Assembly (NCBI GenBank): GCA_019695485.1
Contig: JAEUAF010000335.1
Location: 2,343 to 66,342 of the forward strand
DNA: 64,000 bases
Direction: 5' to 3'
Origin: Sorangium sp.
Lineage (GTDB): Bacteria > Myxococcota_A > Polyangia > Polyangiales > Polyangiaceae
In this document: in pieces, positions 18,737 through 28,740 of the stretch
Numbering within the stretch: the first letter of the stretch is position 1
Layout of the letters: the number at the start of each line of letters is the position of its first letter
Position numbers and translations under genes: made by a program
Notes under the pieces: model-generated
The model's database searches: none
The model's input: the letters and a program-made list of their open reading frames with translations, nothing else
What the model was told of the DNA's origin: nothing

Positions 18737-19918
18737 TCACACCGTCTCGACTACGACGGCCACCGCTTCGCCGCCACCGATGCAAAGCGTGGCGAGACCA
18801 CGTCGTGCCTTCCGATCCCGGAGCGCGTGGACCAGGGTCACGAGAATGCGAGCCCCGCTGGCGCCGATTGGGTGGCCGAGCGCTACGGCGCCGCCGCGAA
18901 CATTGACACGATCTTCGGGGATCCCAGCTAGGCGCGAGCAAGCCAGGGTGACGCACGAAAATGCCTCGTTGATCTCCCAGAGGTCGATGGCTTCTTTACT
19001 CAGACCAAGCTTCTTCAAAGTGACGTCGATGGCCTTGGCCGGCGCCGTCGTGAACCACTCGGGGGCCTGCGCGGCACCGCCGTAGCCGACGATACGGGCG
19101 AGCGGGGTCAGGCCTTGGGCTTTGACCGCCTCCTCGCTCGCCAGGACGAGCGCAGCGGCGCCATCGCTAATGGTAGAGGCGTTCGCAGCCGTGATGGTGC
19201 CATCCTTGGCAAACGCAGGCTTGAGGTCGCCGAAGCGGCTGGGATCGCCCCGCCCGGGTTCTTCGTCCGTGTCGACGACCACCGGCGGGCCTTTGCGCTG
19301 TGGGATGGAGACAGGAGTCAATTCGCGTTGGAACGCGTTCGTTGCCAGCGCGTCGCGCGCTCGTCGATAGCTTTCACGGGCGAAGCTGTCTTGATCCTCG
19401 CGGGTGATATTTCGTTCACGCGCGCAGAGCTCTCCAGCCTGACCCATGTGAAAATCGTTGTAGGGATCCCAAAGGCCATCGCAAATCATGCCGTCGACGA
19501 GCTTGCCGTCACCCATGCGATAGCCGGTGCGCGCCTCGCGTAGGTAATACGGCACGTTCGACATCGACTCCATGCCACCGGCAACGACCAGCGCTGCGTC
19601 ACCCGTGAGAATCGTGCGTGCGCCCAGCACGACGGCCTCGAGCCCCGAGCCGCAGACCTTGCTCACGGTCGTCGCGGGGACGTGAACGGGAAGTCCCGCG
19701 TAAATCGCGGCCTGCCGCGCAGGCGCCTGTCCGATGCCGGCAGACAGCACGTTGCCGAGGAACACCTGCTCCACGGCTTCTGGTGAAATCCCGGCGCGGG
19801 CGACGGCCGCCCGAACGGCTTCTGCGCCGAGCTTTGGCGCGGAGAGAGTTGCGAGTGAACCCAAGTAGGCGCCGATCGGCGTGCGGACGGCGCTCACGAT
19901 GAACACGGAAGAACCCAT
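18737..19918 (-). CDS. Acetyl-CoA C-acetyltransferase (thiolase)
   Basis: RTPIG, KVCGSG, GGMESMS, EINEAF, GHPIGASG, LCIGGGE. Confidence 0.95.
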   Translation of the reverse strand: MGSSVFIVSAVRTPIGAYLGSLATLSAPKLGAEAVRAAVARAGISPEAVEQVFLGNVLSAGIGQAPARQAAIYAGLPVHVPATTVSKVCGSGLEAVVLGARTILTGDAALVVAGGMESMSNVPYYLREARTGYRMGDGKLVDGMICDGLWDPYNDFHMGQAGELCARERNITREDQDSFARESYRRARDALATNAFQRELTPVSIPQRKGPPVVVDTDEEPGRGDPSRFGDLKPAFAKDGTITAANASTISDGAAALVLASEEAVKAQGLTPLARIVGYGGAAQAPEWFTTAPAKAIDVTLKKLGLSKEAIDLWEINEAFSCVTLACSRLAGIPEDRVNVRGGAVALGHPIGASGARILVTLVHALRDRKARRGLATLCIGGGEAVAVVVETV

Positions 19919-20006
19919 GCCGGGAGCATAGCCCGCCACCCGGCCTCCGACACCCGCAAGTGCGGGGGTTAATGCCAACGGCGGCGTGTGCTTTGGTCTG
20001 GGTGGG

Positions 20007-20978
20007 TTAGCGGCTCAAGTAGCTTGCGACATTGCGAGCGATGCGGGCGAGCGGCTCTTCCAGGTTCGGTTCGAAGGGCTTCCCGGTAATGCGTTCGATG
20101 GTCTCCAGGTAGCGGCGGGCAGATTCGATTCGAATCTCGTCCGGGATCTCCGGAATCGGTCCGTCTCCGTGGAAGCCACGCTCCACCAACCAGCGTCGCA
20201 AGAATTCCTTGTCGAAGCTTTCTGGAGCTTCACCGCGAGCAAAGCGCTCTTCGTAGCTCGCGGAGTACCAGAAGCGCGAAGAGTCAGGCGTGTGGATCTC
20301 GTCGATCACGACGACGCGTCCGTCTGGCGTGCGCCCAAACTCGTATTTGGTGTCGACAAGAATCAGCCCGCGCTCTCTGCACAGTGCTTGTCCCTTTTGG
20401 AACAGGGCCATGGCAAGGGCTGCGGCGCGATCGAATTCCGCGGGGTCCATCCGCGAAATGCGCAGGATCTCAGCGCGCGAGGCGGACACGTCGTGATCGC
20501 CTTTTTCGGCTTTGGTGCTCGGCGTGAGGATCGGCTCAGGCAAGCGCTCGTGCTGACGCAGGCCCTCGGGGATCGCGTGCCCACAGAACACGCGTTCGCC
20601 GCGCGCGTAGTGCACCCAGATGCTGGTCGAGGTCGTTCCGGTCAGGTAGGCGCGGACGACCATCTCGACAGGCAACGGCTCGCATTCGGTCGCCACCAAC
20701 ACGTTGGGATCGGGTGCGGCGAGCACGTGGTTGTCCGCGACGTCGCGCGTCGCCGAGAACCACCAGTTCGCGACGTGATTGAGCAATTGGCCCTTGAGCG
20801 GCAGCGTTCCCAAGACCCGGTCGAAGGCGCTGATGCGATCGGTGACGATCAGAATGCGCCGCCCATCTGCCGTCGTGTAGTTGTCGCGAACCTTGCCCTC
20901 GTAGCGCTTGCCCCAGGCAAATTCGGTGTGGTCGAGCGGGTGTGCCAGCGCAGTTTGAAAGGCGTCGCGATTCGTCAC
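20007..20978 (-). CDS. purC: SAICAR synthase
   Basis: GKVRDNY, TDRISAFD, TPSTKA, DTKYEFG, DEIHTPDSSRFW, DKEFLR. Confidence 0.96.
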   Translation of the reverse strand: MTNRDAFQTALAHPLDHTEFAWGKRYEGKVRDNYTTADGRRILIVTDRISAFDRVLGTLPLKGQLLNHVANWWFSATRDVADNHVLAAPDPNVLVATECEPLPVEMVVRAYLTGTTSTSIWVHYARGERVFCGHAIPEGLRQHERLPEPILTPSTKAEKGDHDVSASRAEILRISRMDPAEFDRAAALAMALFQKGQALCRERGLILVDTKYEFGRTPDGRVVVIDEIHTPDSSRFWYSASYEERFARGEAPESFDKEFLRRWLVERGFHGDGPIPEIPDEIRIESARRYLETIERITGKPFEPNLEEPLARIARNVASYLSR

Positions 20979-21032
20979 GCGGCGAACGCTAACACGGCAT
21001 GCTGGGCGGTCGAGGATTGGGCGGGACTCCCG

Positions 21033-22064
21033 CTAAATCCCAAGGTCTGCGGTTTTGACCCAGAATTGCCGGTCCGGCCCCGGCACGACATTGAGCGCCT
21101 TGGGCATCACGCTGGCCCAGCCGGCGACGACGTCGAGGACGTAGGTTTCCGCGCCCGGTTCGACGACGCCGATCAAGGGGTCCGTCTCCTTCGCGGAAGC
21201 GCGGATTGGCACTTCGCGGATAGGTTTGACGATGCGGGGCTCGCCTTGGATCGCCATGCGCGCCACTCCGCGCTGCGTGGTGCGCGGCGCAAGCTGGTCC
21301 ATCGACTCACCAGGCGGCAAGGCGACGAGATCGCGCGCTCGGGCCCACGCATCGATCAGCACTTCTCCATGGTAGACCAGGTTTACCCACTCGCCGTGGT
21401 GGTCACTGCTGAAGAAAAGCACGCCGTCGCCGTCCTTGGCTCGAGTGAGCATCAGCAGCAGCGTGCCAGAAGCCTGGTCGAACACGTCGAGGCTCGGCTT
21501 CTTCAGCACGTAGCCGCGTGCCCCGCCCGGTGGAACCCAGCCCGGTGGCGGCGACGCGGCGAGCGCGAGCGCATTGCAAGGGGCCCAGGTGCTGAAGCTC
21601 TGCGCCAGCGGAAGCTCCGTGCGCTTTTCGACGCGCAGTCGACCGGGGCCGCTCGCCGAGTACGAAACGCTGCGCCCGCTCGCGATCCAGATGTGATCCG
21701 CGACCACGGGTACGTCGACCGCCGTGAAGAGCGGCAGGTCGACGACGGGCAAGTAGCCGCGAATTCGAAAGCCTCCGGCACCCGTGCCGCTCTCGACGCG
21801 CACGCGGCCATGTGCGTCACTCGGGAAGTCGCTCGCCACGAGCGGAGTCGGTGCTCCGCTAAAACGTGCGATGACGTGGCCTTGCGCATCCTCGATGTCT
21901 GCATTGATGCGCGGCTCAGTGACACCGCGTAAGGTGCACGTAGTCACCGCGGATGGCGGCCCGGCAGTTCCGCGCGGACCCGTTGCAGCTTGGGCCGGGT
22001 GGCCGTTCTTTGATGCCGTCGTAGCAGCTAGTAAGAGCGCGACGGCGGCTGCGCGTTCGATCAT
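21033..22064 (-). CDS. Exported beta-rich protein with SH3b-like repeats
   Basis: Signal peptide MIERAAAVALLLAA; C-terminal VPIRASA...IGVVEPG..YVLDVVAGWASV. Confidence 0.6.
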   Translation of the reverse strand: MIERAAAVALLLAATTASKNGHPAQAATGPRGTAGPPSAVTTCTLRGVTEPRINADIEDAQGHVIARFSGAPTPLVASDFPSDAHGRVRVESGTGAGGFRIRGYLPVVDLPLFTAVDVPVVADHIWIASGRSVSYSASGPGRLRVEKRTELPLAQSFSTWAPCNALALAASPPPGWVPPGGARGYVLKKPSLDVFDQASGTLLLMLTRAKDGDGVLFFSSDHHGEWVNLVYHGEVLIDAWARARDLVALPPGESMDQLAPRTTQRGVARMAIQGEPRIVKPIREVPIRASAKETDPLIGVVEPGAETYVLDVVAGWASVMPKALNVVPGPDRQFWVKTADLGI

Positions 22065-22140
22065 GCGAAGCTCCGCCGGGAAGTATCGGCTTGCTGAGCC
22101 ATCCCGTCCAACCAAATTGAACGAGCATTCCGGCGAATCT

Positions 22141-23028
22141 ATGCATCTTGCCTTTGGCACCCCGAGAAAACTTCCGAAGGCGAGCCAGCTCGCTGGGCGC
22201 GTCGCCGTGCTCGACATCGCGTTCGCCGGGGGGAGCGGAGGCGGCTTTGACAAAGTCACGCGGCCCTTCATCGACGGGCTCGGCGCGCGCCTCGGCGTCT
22301 GGGTCGACCACCACGATCATGAGGAGCACGCCAATTTCCGTTCGGACGCGCGGTTTGTACTATCGACGAAAGCGGAGCACGGCGCGTGCCCGGAAATGAT
22401 CGACTCCGCGCTGGTAGAGCGCGTTGGGCGCATCGACACCATCGTTTGCCACACCGATTTCGACGGCCTAGCGAGCGCCGCGAAGTGGATGCGGGCCGGC
22501 CTGGAGCCATACGAGGGTTGTGACGACGACGCGCGCGCCATCGACACCCGCCTCGGCACGCCGAGCGCGGTCGCAGAGCGCATCGACCGCGCGCTGCGCG
22601 CCCGCCCCAACGACTTGGGGCTCATGGGCATGGTGGTGCGGCACTTGAGCGAGGGGCTGCGCGACGCCGCGAATTGGGAGCCCATCGATCTTGCGGCCGC
22701 GGAGCTACTGCCGATCGAGCGTGAGACGCGCCGGGCTGCCGAACAGTACCGTCGCCTCCCGCCTGGTGTGGCTCTCGTGGACGTCAGCGAGGGCTTTGGG
22801 CGCGTAGACAAAACGCTGCTTTTGCTGCTCGGACAGGAGAGGGAGCCTGTCAGCGTGGTGCTCGATCGCGACAACGTCAGCGTGGCAGCTCGCTTCGATT
22901 CTGGGCTGAATTTCGTGTCGCTGTTCGGGTTGGGGGGCGGCATGCCGACACGCGTCTCGGTGCCGCGCTCCCGTTTGCGCGAGGTGCTCACGTTGCTGAA
23001 GGTGGACCCAGCGGTCATCGGAGCGTGA
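22141..23028 (+). CDS. DHH-family phosphoesterase-like protein with rearranged motifs
   Basis: VAVLDIAF, WVDHHDH, CHTDFDGLASAA, ARAIDT, C-terminal GGG. Confidence 0.75.
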   Translation: MHLAFGTPRKLPKASQLAGRVAVLDIAFAGGSGGGFDKVTRPFIDGLGARLGVWVDHHDHEEHANFRSDARFVLSTKAEHGACPEMIDSALVERVGRIDTIVCHTDFDGLASAAKWMRAGLEPYEGCDDDARAIDTRLGTPSAVAERIDRALRARPNDLGLMGMVVRHLSEGLRDAANWEPIDLAAAELLPIERETRRAAEQYRRLPPGVALVDVSEGFGRVDKTLLLLLGQEREPVSVVLDRDNVSVAARFDSGLNFVSLFGLGGGMPTRVSVPRSRLREVLTLLKVDPAVIGA

Positions 23029-23090
23029 ACGGCGTCGCCTGGTCGTAGCCGTTCGATCGAGGCTGGCGCACGGCGGCCGGCACTGACAGG

Positions 23091-25553
23091 ATGCGCCGTC
23101 ACATGCGGCGTCTGCAGCGGGAGCGTGGTCGGATTCGGATGACCTTTGGCGCGTTCGCCCTGTGGGCGCTGTTGGCGCCGGGCCGCGCGCTTGCAGCTCC
23201 GGCATTTGCCGCGCCTTCTGCGGGCCAGCCGGGGCTCGCGGTGGGGTCGGACCCACAGGGTACTTTGCGCGCCAAGCTCTGCTCGGCCGCGTCGTGTGAT
23301 CTCAGCGACGGTGTCGAACTCGGGGTGCCGAGAGCGCTCGCACCCAACGTGCCGCGGGCGCGTCTGGAGCTGGTTGGGATCGGCAACGGGCGCCGCGCGA
23401 TCGTGGTGACCGTGCCGGGTGGTGCTGATGGGCGCCCCTTTCAGGCCATCGTCGTGGCGCCGTTGGTTGGGGGCACGCCCTCGATATTGTTCGCGGAGCA
23501 AACGGGCTTGATCGAGGGCCCCGACGGCGTGCGGCTCGGTAAGAGCGTGGCGATTTCGGAGCCAGACGAAGGCGGCGCGCGGCGCATCGTCGTTGGGTTA
23601 CAGCGCGAGGATCTGGAACTTTGTGGGCGGCCCGCTGTGCTTTCTCCCCAGATGCTGAGCCCGCAGGACCTCACGCTGCATGCCGCCAAAGTGCAACGCC
23701 TGTTGCCGGCCGAGCGTGAGCAGGCCGCGGAGCTTGGCGCCGTGCGCACCCCCGATGACGCGCAGGCCGCAAGTGTCGGCGTGCTCTCTGCGCTTGGCGC
23801 GAGTAGCGCGCTTGGGGCCGTGAGCGGCGTGACCGATGGCAGGCTCGACACGGCGTGGGTCGAAAATCGCGGCGGCAGCGGTCGCGGCGAATTCGTGATT
23901 ATGCGCGCGCCGCCGGAGTTGCCGCTCAAGGCGTTCGATCTGGTCGTGCGCTCGGCAGCGCCGAGCGTCCCGAAATCAGCGGTGCCGCGCGAGCTGTGGT
24001 TGGTTACCAAGTCGCAGATTTTTCACGTAACGCTGCCCGATGAAGCGGCGACCGCACCCGGACAGCGCTTTCGCGTGATCCTGCCGAAGCCCGTGCAAAC
24101 CGATTGCGTCGGGCTGGTGCTCGAGGCGGCGTTCGAGGAGCGCCCGAATGCGGAAGTGGGTGTGGTCGAACTCGCCGCGGTCAGCGATCTGGGCGCCGTC
24201 GACCCCGCCGGGTTGGTGGCAGCGCTTGCCGGCGGCGGGGAGCGGGCGCGGGCCGCTGGAGCGCTGCTGCGCGCGCTCGGCGTGCCCGGATTTGCGGCCA
24301 TTATTGCGGGATTCGACACGCTCGACGAGGGCGGGCGGCGCGTCGCCCTCGACGCCGTCGACGCCGCCGCCTGTGAGCAGAGCATTCCGGTGTACGTCGC
24401 CGCGATCGGATCTGGCATCGAAGCCGAGCGCGTTCACGCCAAGGATCGACTGTTGCGTTGCGGTCGAGCAAGCGCCGATCTGTTGGTCGAGCGATTCCTG
24501 AAGGCGAAGCCGGGCCCCGCGCTTTCTTTGGTCGACGAACTCGCGCTGGTGGCGCCGGACCGAGCGGTGGAGGCGCTCGCAGTGCGGATCGCGAAGGCGC
24601 CGACGCGTGAGCGTCGTGGCCTGCGAGTGGTACTGGCCCGCGCGGCTGCCCTTGCAGAGGCGCGGGCGAGCGTGGTTCGGTTGTTGGGCGACGCTGGCCT
24701 TCCCAACGTGGTGACGCTCGATCTGTTGCGCGCGCTCGGGCCGCGCGTGCCTTCATTTCAGCCGTTCGCGACGGCGGCCCTCGGGCGACTGGAAGCGGAC
24801 GCTAGCTTTCGAACTCGCTATTTGATGTTGGAGCCCGCGGCGAAGCTCGCACCTGGCGACGCGCGCGCCCGGGCTGCAGTCGAGCGCTCTTTGGTGGATC
24901 GATCGGACGCGCGACTCCGCGTGCGTGCGCTCGAGGTGATTCCACGCGACGCGCAGGCGTCAGCTGCGTTCCTGGCCGGTCTTTCCGACGAGAGCCCGCG
25001 CGTGCGTGAGGCTTCGGCGCACGGGCTGCTCGATGTGCGTGCTTCCGGCGCCGCCCCGAAGCTCTCGACGTTGCTTGCTGACGATGCTTGGCCTCTCGTG
25101 CGCCGAGCCGCGGCCGAGGCCCTGGCCGCGTTGCCTCCCGAACCAAAAGGCGACGCCGCACTGCTCGCCGCGTTGGCAGATGAAGCATGGGGAGTTCGCG
25201 CGGCGGCCGCGGCGGCGCTCGGCGCACGGCACGTCGCCCGCGCTGTGGATGGCCTGCGCAGGCATTTCGTCGATGCGGAAGAGCACTTCGAGGTGCGGCG
25301 CAGCGCCGCCGCAGCGCTGGCCGCGCTTTGCGACCAAGCGAGCCTCGACGCGCTCACCAAGTCTGCGAACAAGCTCACCGATCCTCTGGCAACCGTGGAG
25401 GAGCGCGCCGTCGCCGAGTCGGCGCTGCGCGCGCTCTCGGCGCTGGCACCGCCGGATTTGCCCGCCCGACTCAAGGCGCTGCTCGCTTCGTCGTCGGCGC
25501 CCGCCGCGCAGCGCGCCATTGCGGACAGCGCGAAGGTCAAGGCTTGCCGCTAG
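23091..25553 (+). CDS. Exported protein with discoidin-like domain and HEAT repeats
   Basis: Signal peptide; DGRLDTAWVE...GRGEF; repeats DESPRVREASA, DAWPLVRRAAAEAL, DEAWGVRAAAAAAL. Confidence 0.78.
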   Translation: MRRHMRRLQRERGRIRMTFGAFALWALLAPGRALAAPAFAAPSAGQPGLAVGSDPQGTLRAKLCSAASCDLSDGVELGVPRALAPNVPRARLELVGIGNGRRAIVVTVPGGADGRPFQAIVVAPLVGGTPSILFAEQTGLIEGPDGVRLGKSVAISEPDEGGARRIVVGLQREDLELCGRPAVLSPQMLSPQDLTLHAAKVQRLLPAEREQAAELGAVRTPDDAQAASVGVLSALGASSALGAVSGVTDGRLDTAWVENRGGSGRGEFVIMRAPPELPLKAFDLVVRSAAPSVPKSAVPRELWLVTKSQIFHVTLPDEAATAPGQRFRVILPKPVQTDCVGLVLEAAFEERPNAEVGVVELAAVSDLGAVDPAGLVAALAGGGERARAAGALLRALGVPGFAAIIAGFDTLDEGGRRVALDAVDAAACEQSIPVYVAAIGSGIEAERVHAKDRLLRCGRASADLLVERFLKAKPGPALSLVDELALVAPDRAVEALAVRIAKAPTRERRGLRVVLARAAALAEARASVVRLLGDAGLPNVVTLDLLRALGPRVPSFQPFATAALGRLEADASFRTRYLMLEPAAKLAPGDARARAAVERSLVDRSDARLRVRALEVIPRDAQASAAFLAGLSDESPRVREASAHGLLDVRASGAAPKLSTLLADDAWPLVRRAAAEALAALPPEPKGDAALLAALADEAWGVRAAAAAALGARHVARAVDGLRRHFVDAEEHFEVRRSAAAALAALCDQASLDALTKSANKLTDPLATVEERAVAESALRALSALAPPDLPARLKALLASSSAPAAQRAIADSAKVKACR

Positions 25554-25614
25554 CTTGCCGGGAGCGTTGCGGGCCGCAACTTGGTTCAAAGGCTCGGCTT
25601 TGGTAGGAAGGCAT

Positions 25615-26670
25615 ATGGCTCAACGCTGGACACTGGTTACCGGTGCCACCGGCTTCATTGGATCAGCCATCGTGCGAAAGCTCGTGGAGCGTCAGGTTCC
25701 GGTCAAAGCCTTGGTCCGTCCGGGCAGTGATCTCGGCGCGTTCGACGGCTTACCGCGTGAGCGCTTTCAGTTGGCCTACGGGGATATCACCATCGAGTCC
25801 ACCGTGTATCGCGCGTTGATGGGCTGCGATCGGCTGTTCCATGTCGCCTCCGTTTACAGGTACTGGAGCCGGCGCCCCGAGCAGATCCTGGCGCCAGCGG
25901 TGCTCGGCACGCGCTCGGTGCTCGCTGCCGCGCGGGCGCAGCATATCGAGCGGATCGTCGTGACCAGCAGCGCTGCCATTCTCGGTGTCGCGAGCGACGC
26001 CGAGCCGATGCGGGAATCCCACGAGTGTCAGCTCACGGATCCTGAGGTCTATGTGCGAGCGAAGATCGCTGCGCAGAGCGTCGTCGAAGAAGAGCTCGAG
26101 CGGGGCTTGCCGATCGTCAGCGTGCTTCCCACGGCCGTCTTCGGCCCCGGGGACCGCAAACCCACCCCCAATGGGCGCACGCTGCTCGACTACCTGAAAC
26201 TCTCTCCGCAGCGTCGCATCCCGGCAACCAATGGCGGCATCTCAGTCGTCGACGTGGATGACGTCGCAGAGGGGCACCTGCTGGCGATGGAGCGCGGCAA
26301 GCTTGGCGAACGCTACTCGCTTGGCGGAGACAACATCACGTTCCGGCGTCTGTTCGAGATCCTGCACGAGTTGACAGGCATGGCAGAACCTGGCGGGACA
26401 CCCAGCCCGTTCATGGTGAAGCTCGCGGGGCGCGCCTTGGAGTTTGCCGCGGCTTGGACGTCGCGGGATCCGATCCTGACGCACAGGCTCGCGCGCGACT
26501 ACGCGTTTGCCCGGGTGTGGGTCTCGAGTCAAAAGGCGGAGAGTGAGCTTGGCTACACCCATCGCTCCGCGCACGAGAGCCTGGCGCGCGCGATCCGCTG
26601 GTACCTTCAAAACGACTTTCTCCCGACGAGCCTCGCGGGCCGCGTGCGGCTCGAGCTGAGGCCGCTGTGA
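25615..26670 (+). CDS. NAD-dependent epimerase/dehydratase (HpnA/dihydroflavonol reductase-like)
   Basis: LVTGATGFIG, TSS, YVRAK, VDVDDVAEGH, GERY. Confidence 0.9.
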   Translation: MAQRWTLVTGATGFIGSAIVRKLVERQVPVKALVRPGSDLGAFDGLPRERFQLAYGDITIESTVYRALMGCDRLFHVASVYRYWSRRPEQILAPAVLGTRSVLAAARAQHIERIVVTSSAAILGVASDAEPMRESHECQLTDPEVYVRAKIAAQSVVEEELERGLPIVSVLPTAVFGPGDRKPTPNGRTLLDYLKLSPQRRIPATNGGISVVDVDDVAEGHLLAMERGKLGERYSLGGDNITFRRLFEILHELTGMAEPGGTPSPFMVKLAGRALEFAAAWTSRDPILTHRLARDYAFARVWVSSQKAESELGYTHRSAHESLARAIRWYLQNDFLPTSLAGRVRLELRPL

Positions 26671-27335
26671 ATAGGCGTGCGAGCCTCGGTGTCGCGGCTC
26701 TTGGAGCCGTTCTTGCGGCAGGGCTTTGGTGTCTGCGTGTGCCTGAACACGTGGCCGCCTTCAGCGTCCTAGCCGGCGGTGCCGCGTTGTGGCTCGGTCC
26801 GGCGCTGATGGGATTTCGCCGGTTGCTGCCGCTCGGCGCGGGACAAAGCGCCGTGTTGTGCGGGCTCGGCCTCGGGGCGTTGCCGCTGGCGAAGTTGGCG
26901 GGGTTGCTCAAGGTGGCGACTCATCATCGACCGCTCGGCGCGGTGACGTTCGCGTTGATGGCGCTCGGCCTCGTGCTTGGATCGACAATCGTCGCTGCAC
27001 GCGCGCTCGGCTGGGCGCGAACACGGGGGGGCGTCGCTGCGCGCTGGATCGGAATCGTCGCGCTACTCGGACCGCTAACGTTGTTGCTCGAGTTGGCGAT
27101 CGACTCCAGGACGCAAGCTGGGCTCGTGGATGTCACGCTTGGTGTTGGCGTGACGTGCGCGCTGTCACTCGTTCCCTGGTCAGCCGCGCTTCGTGGACTG
27201 CTCGCCAAAGCTGGGCCCATCTTGTGGGGCGTGCTGGTCAGCGTGGCCTTCGCGTCCGTGTTCGGTGACGCGATCGAACCCGCAGGGCGGGCTTGTCCCA
27301 CAGTCGCAGCTGCTGTGGCGTGGGTTCGTCCCTAA
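26667..27335 (+). CDS. Hypothetical multi-pass membrane protein
   Basis: GTGA overlap with the upstream gene; several hydrophobic segments. Confidence 0.65.
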   Translation: MNRRASLGVAALGAVLAAGLWCLRVPEHVAAFSVLAGGAALWLGPALMGFRRLLPLGAGQSAVLCGLGLGALPLAKLAGLLKVATHHRPLGAVTFALMALGLVLGSTIVAARALGWARTRGGVAARWIGIVALLGPLTLLLELAIDSRTQAGLVDVTLGVGVTCALSLVPWSAALRGLLAKAGPILWGVLVSVAFASVFGDAIEPAGRACPTVAAAVAWVRP

Positions 27336-27478
27336 GGGCGCCGCCAAGTTCGGAGAGGGATTGGGGGCTGCGAATCCCCACGAAGGCCATCAAATCGCGC
27401 CGGCCAGGGGGCCGGTTCGCGCTCGCTTAGGGGCCCCGGCGCCCTCGCGCAAGCCGCCTCATTGGGCGGCAGCAAAAT

Positions 27479-28726
27479 GTGGCGAACCGGTCCATATTTA
27501 TCCCGATGCAGCGCTCGCCCGGCTCGAGGGACATAGTCCTCGCAGTGCTTCGGCGAGTAATTTTTGCGCTCTGCCTTCTGACCGGCGCCGCTTGGGTGGG
27601 ACCCGCGGCAGCAGAGCCAGCCGAGCGCACCGGTACAACGGAAGACATCGCTGCCCCAGACGCGACGCTCGCGCGGCAGTCCCCCGCGGACGCGCCGCGG
27701 CTCGGTGCCGGCAGGCTTGTCGCCACACCCATCCCGCCAGGTTTCAATACCTTCGACGGCGGCTGGATTCGTTTCCACTATCACCCGGCCGATCGTGAGC
27801 GTGTTCAGGCGTTGATCGCCGAGTCGGGCGCTGTTCGACATGAGCTCGCGGAGCGTCTCGGCGTCTCTGTGCTCGACCATGTCCGGGTCGACGTCGCGCG
27901 GACACCCGGCGAGATGGCGACCTTTGCGCCGTCGGGCGCGCCCTACCCGGACTATGCGGCCGGCGTCGCCTATCCCGAGATCGGGCTGGTTTTACTATCT
28001 CTTGCGCCGGTTCACCCGACTTCGGATCACGATCTCGTGCAGATCTTTCGTCACGAACTGGCGCATGTCGCCTTGTTTGATGCACTTTCGGGGCGCCACA
28101 TCCCGCGCTGGTTCAACGAGGGCTTCGCGGTCTTCGCTTCGGGGGAGACCTCATTCGTTCGAGTGCGAACATTGTGGACGGCGACGGTGGCCGACACGCT
28201 AATCCCGCTCGCCAAGCTCGATGCCGGCTTTCCAGTAAACGAAAACCAAGCGGAGGTGGCTTACGCTGAAGCCGTGGACGTCGTGCGCTATCTGGTCCGC
28301 CAGCGCGAGCACTTCCGCTTCCAAGGGCTCGTCGAGCGCGTGCGCGCGGGCGAGGATTTCGACGCGGCGCTCACGCATGCCTACAGCATCGGCGTGGCCG
28401 AACTCGAGCTCGAATGGCGTGAGGACGTAGCCAAGCGCTACACGTTCTGGCCCGTGCTTTTCAGCGGATCTTTCGTGTGGGTCGGCGTGCTGGGTTTGTT
28501 CATCGTGGGCTGGCGCAAGCGACGCAAACGAACGCGAGTCACGCTGTCGCGCTGGGCCTTGGAAGAGGCGCGCGAGGACGCCCTGCGTGAGCGCGCCAAG
28601 CGCAGCGAGGAGCCACGCGTTCACATTGTGCTGGCTCGTGGGCAGCCGGGAGGCATGCAGATGCCACCGCCCGAAGCGGAAGTGCCCAAGGTGCAACACG
28701 AGGGCCAGTGGCACACGCTGCACTGA
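27479..28726 (+). CDS. Peptidase MA (gluzincin-like) zinc metalloprotease with C-terminal TM
   Basis: HELAH...PRWFNEGFA; N-terminal signal; TM followed by RKRRKR. Confidence 0.85.
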   Translation: MANRSIFIPMQRSPGSRDIVLAVLRRVIFALCLLTGAAWVGPAAAEPAERTGTTEDIAAPDATLARQSPADAPRLGAGRLVATPIPPGFNTFDGGWIRFHYHPADRERVQALIAESGAVRHELAERLGVSVLDHVRVDVARTPGEMATFAPSGAPYPDYAAGVAYPEIGLVLLSLAPVHPTSDHDLVQIFRHELAHVALFDALSGRHIPRWFNEGFAVFASGETSFVRVRTLWTATVADTLIPLAKLDAGFPVNENQAEVAYAEAVDVVRYLVRQREHFRFQGLVERVRAGEDFDAALTHAYSIGVAELELEWREDVAKRYTFWPVLFSGSFVWVGVLGLFIVGWRKRRKRTRVTLSRWALEEAREDALRERAKRSEEPRVHIVLARGQPGGMQMPPPEAEVPKVQHEGQWHTLH

Positions 28727-28740
28727 GCCGCGTTTCGGTT

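Noticed and set aside
19986-21932. 648-aa + strand ORF and many similar long antisense ORFs (e.g. 49148-50374, 36597-37898, 7799-8473)
   Set aside because: They are shadows of well-supported opposite-strand genes (purC, aroC, mfd, cdnL). Stop codons are scarce in high-GC DNA and the translations are Arg/Pro-rich without motifs.
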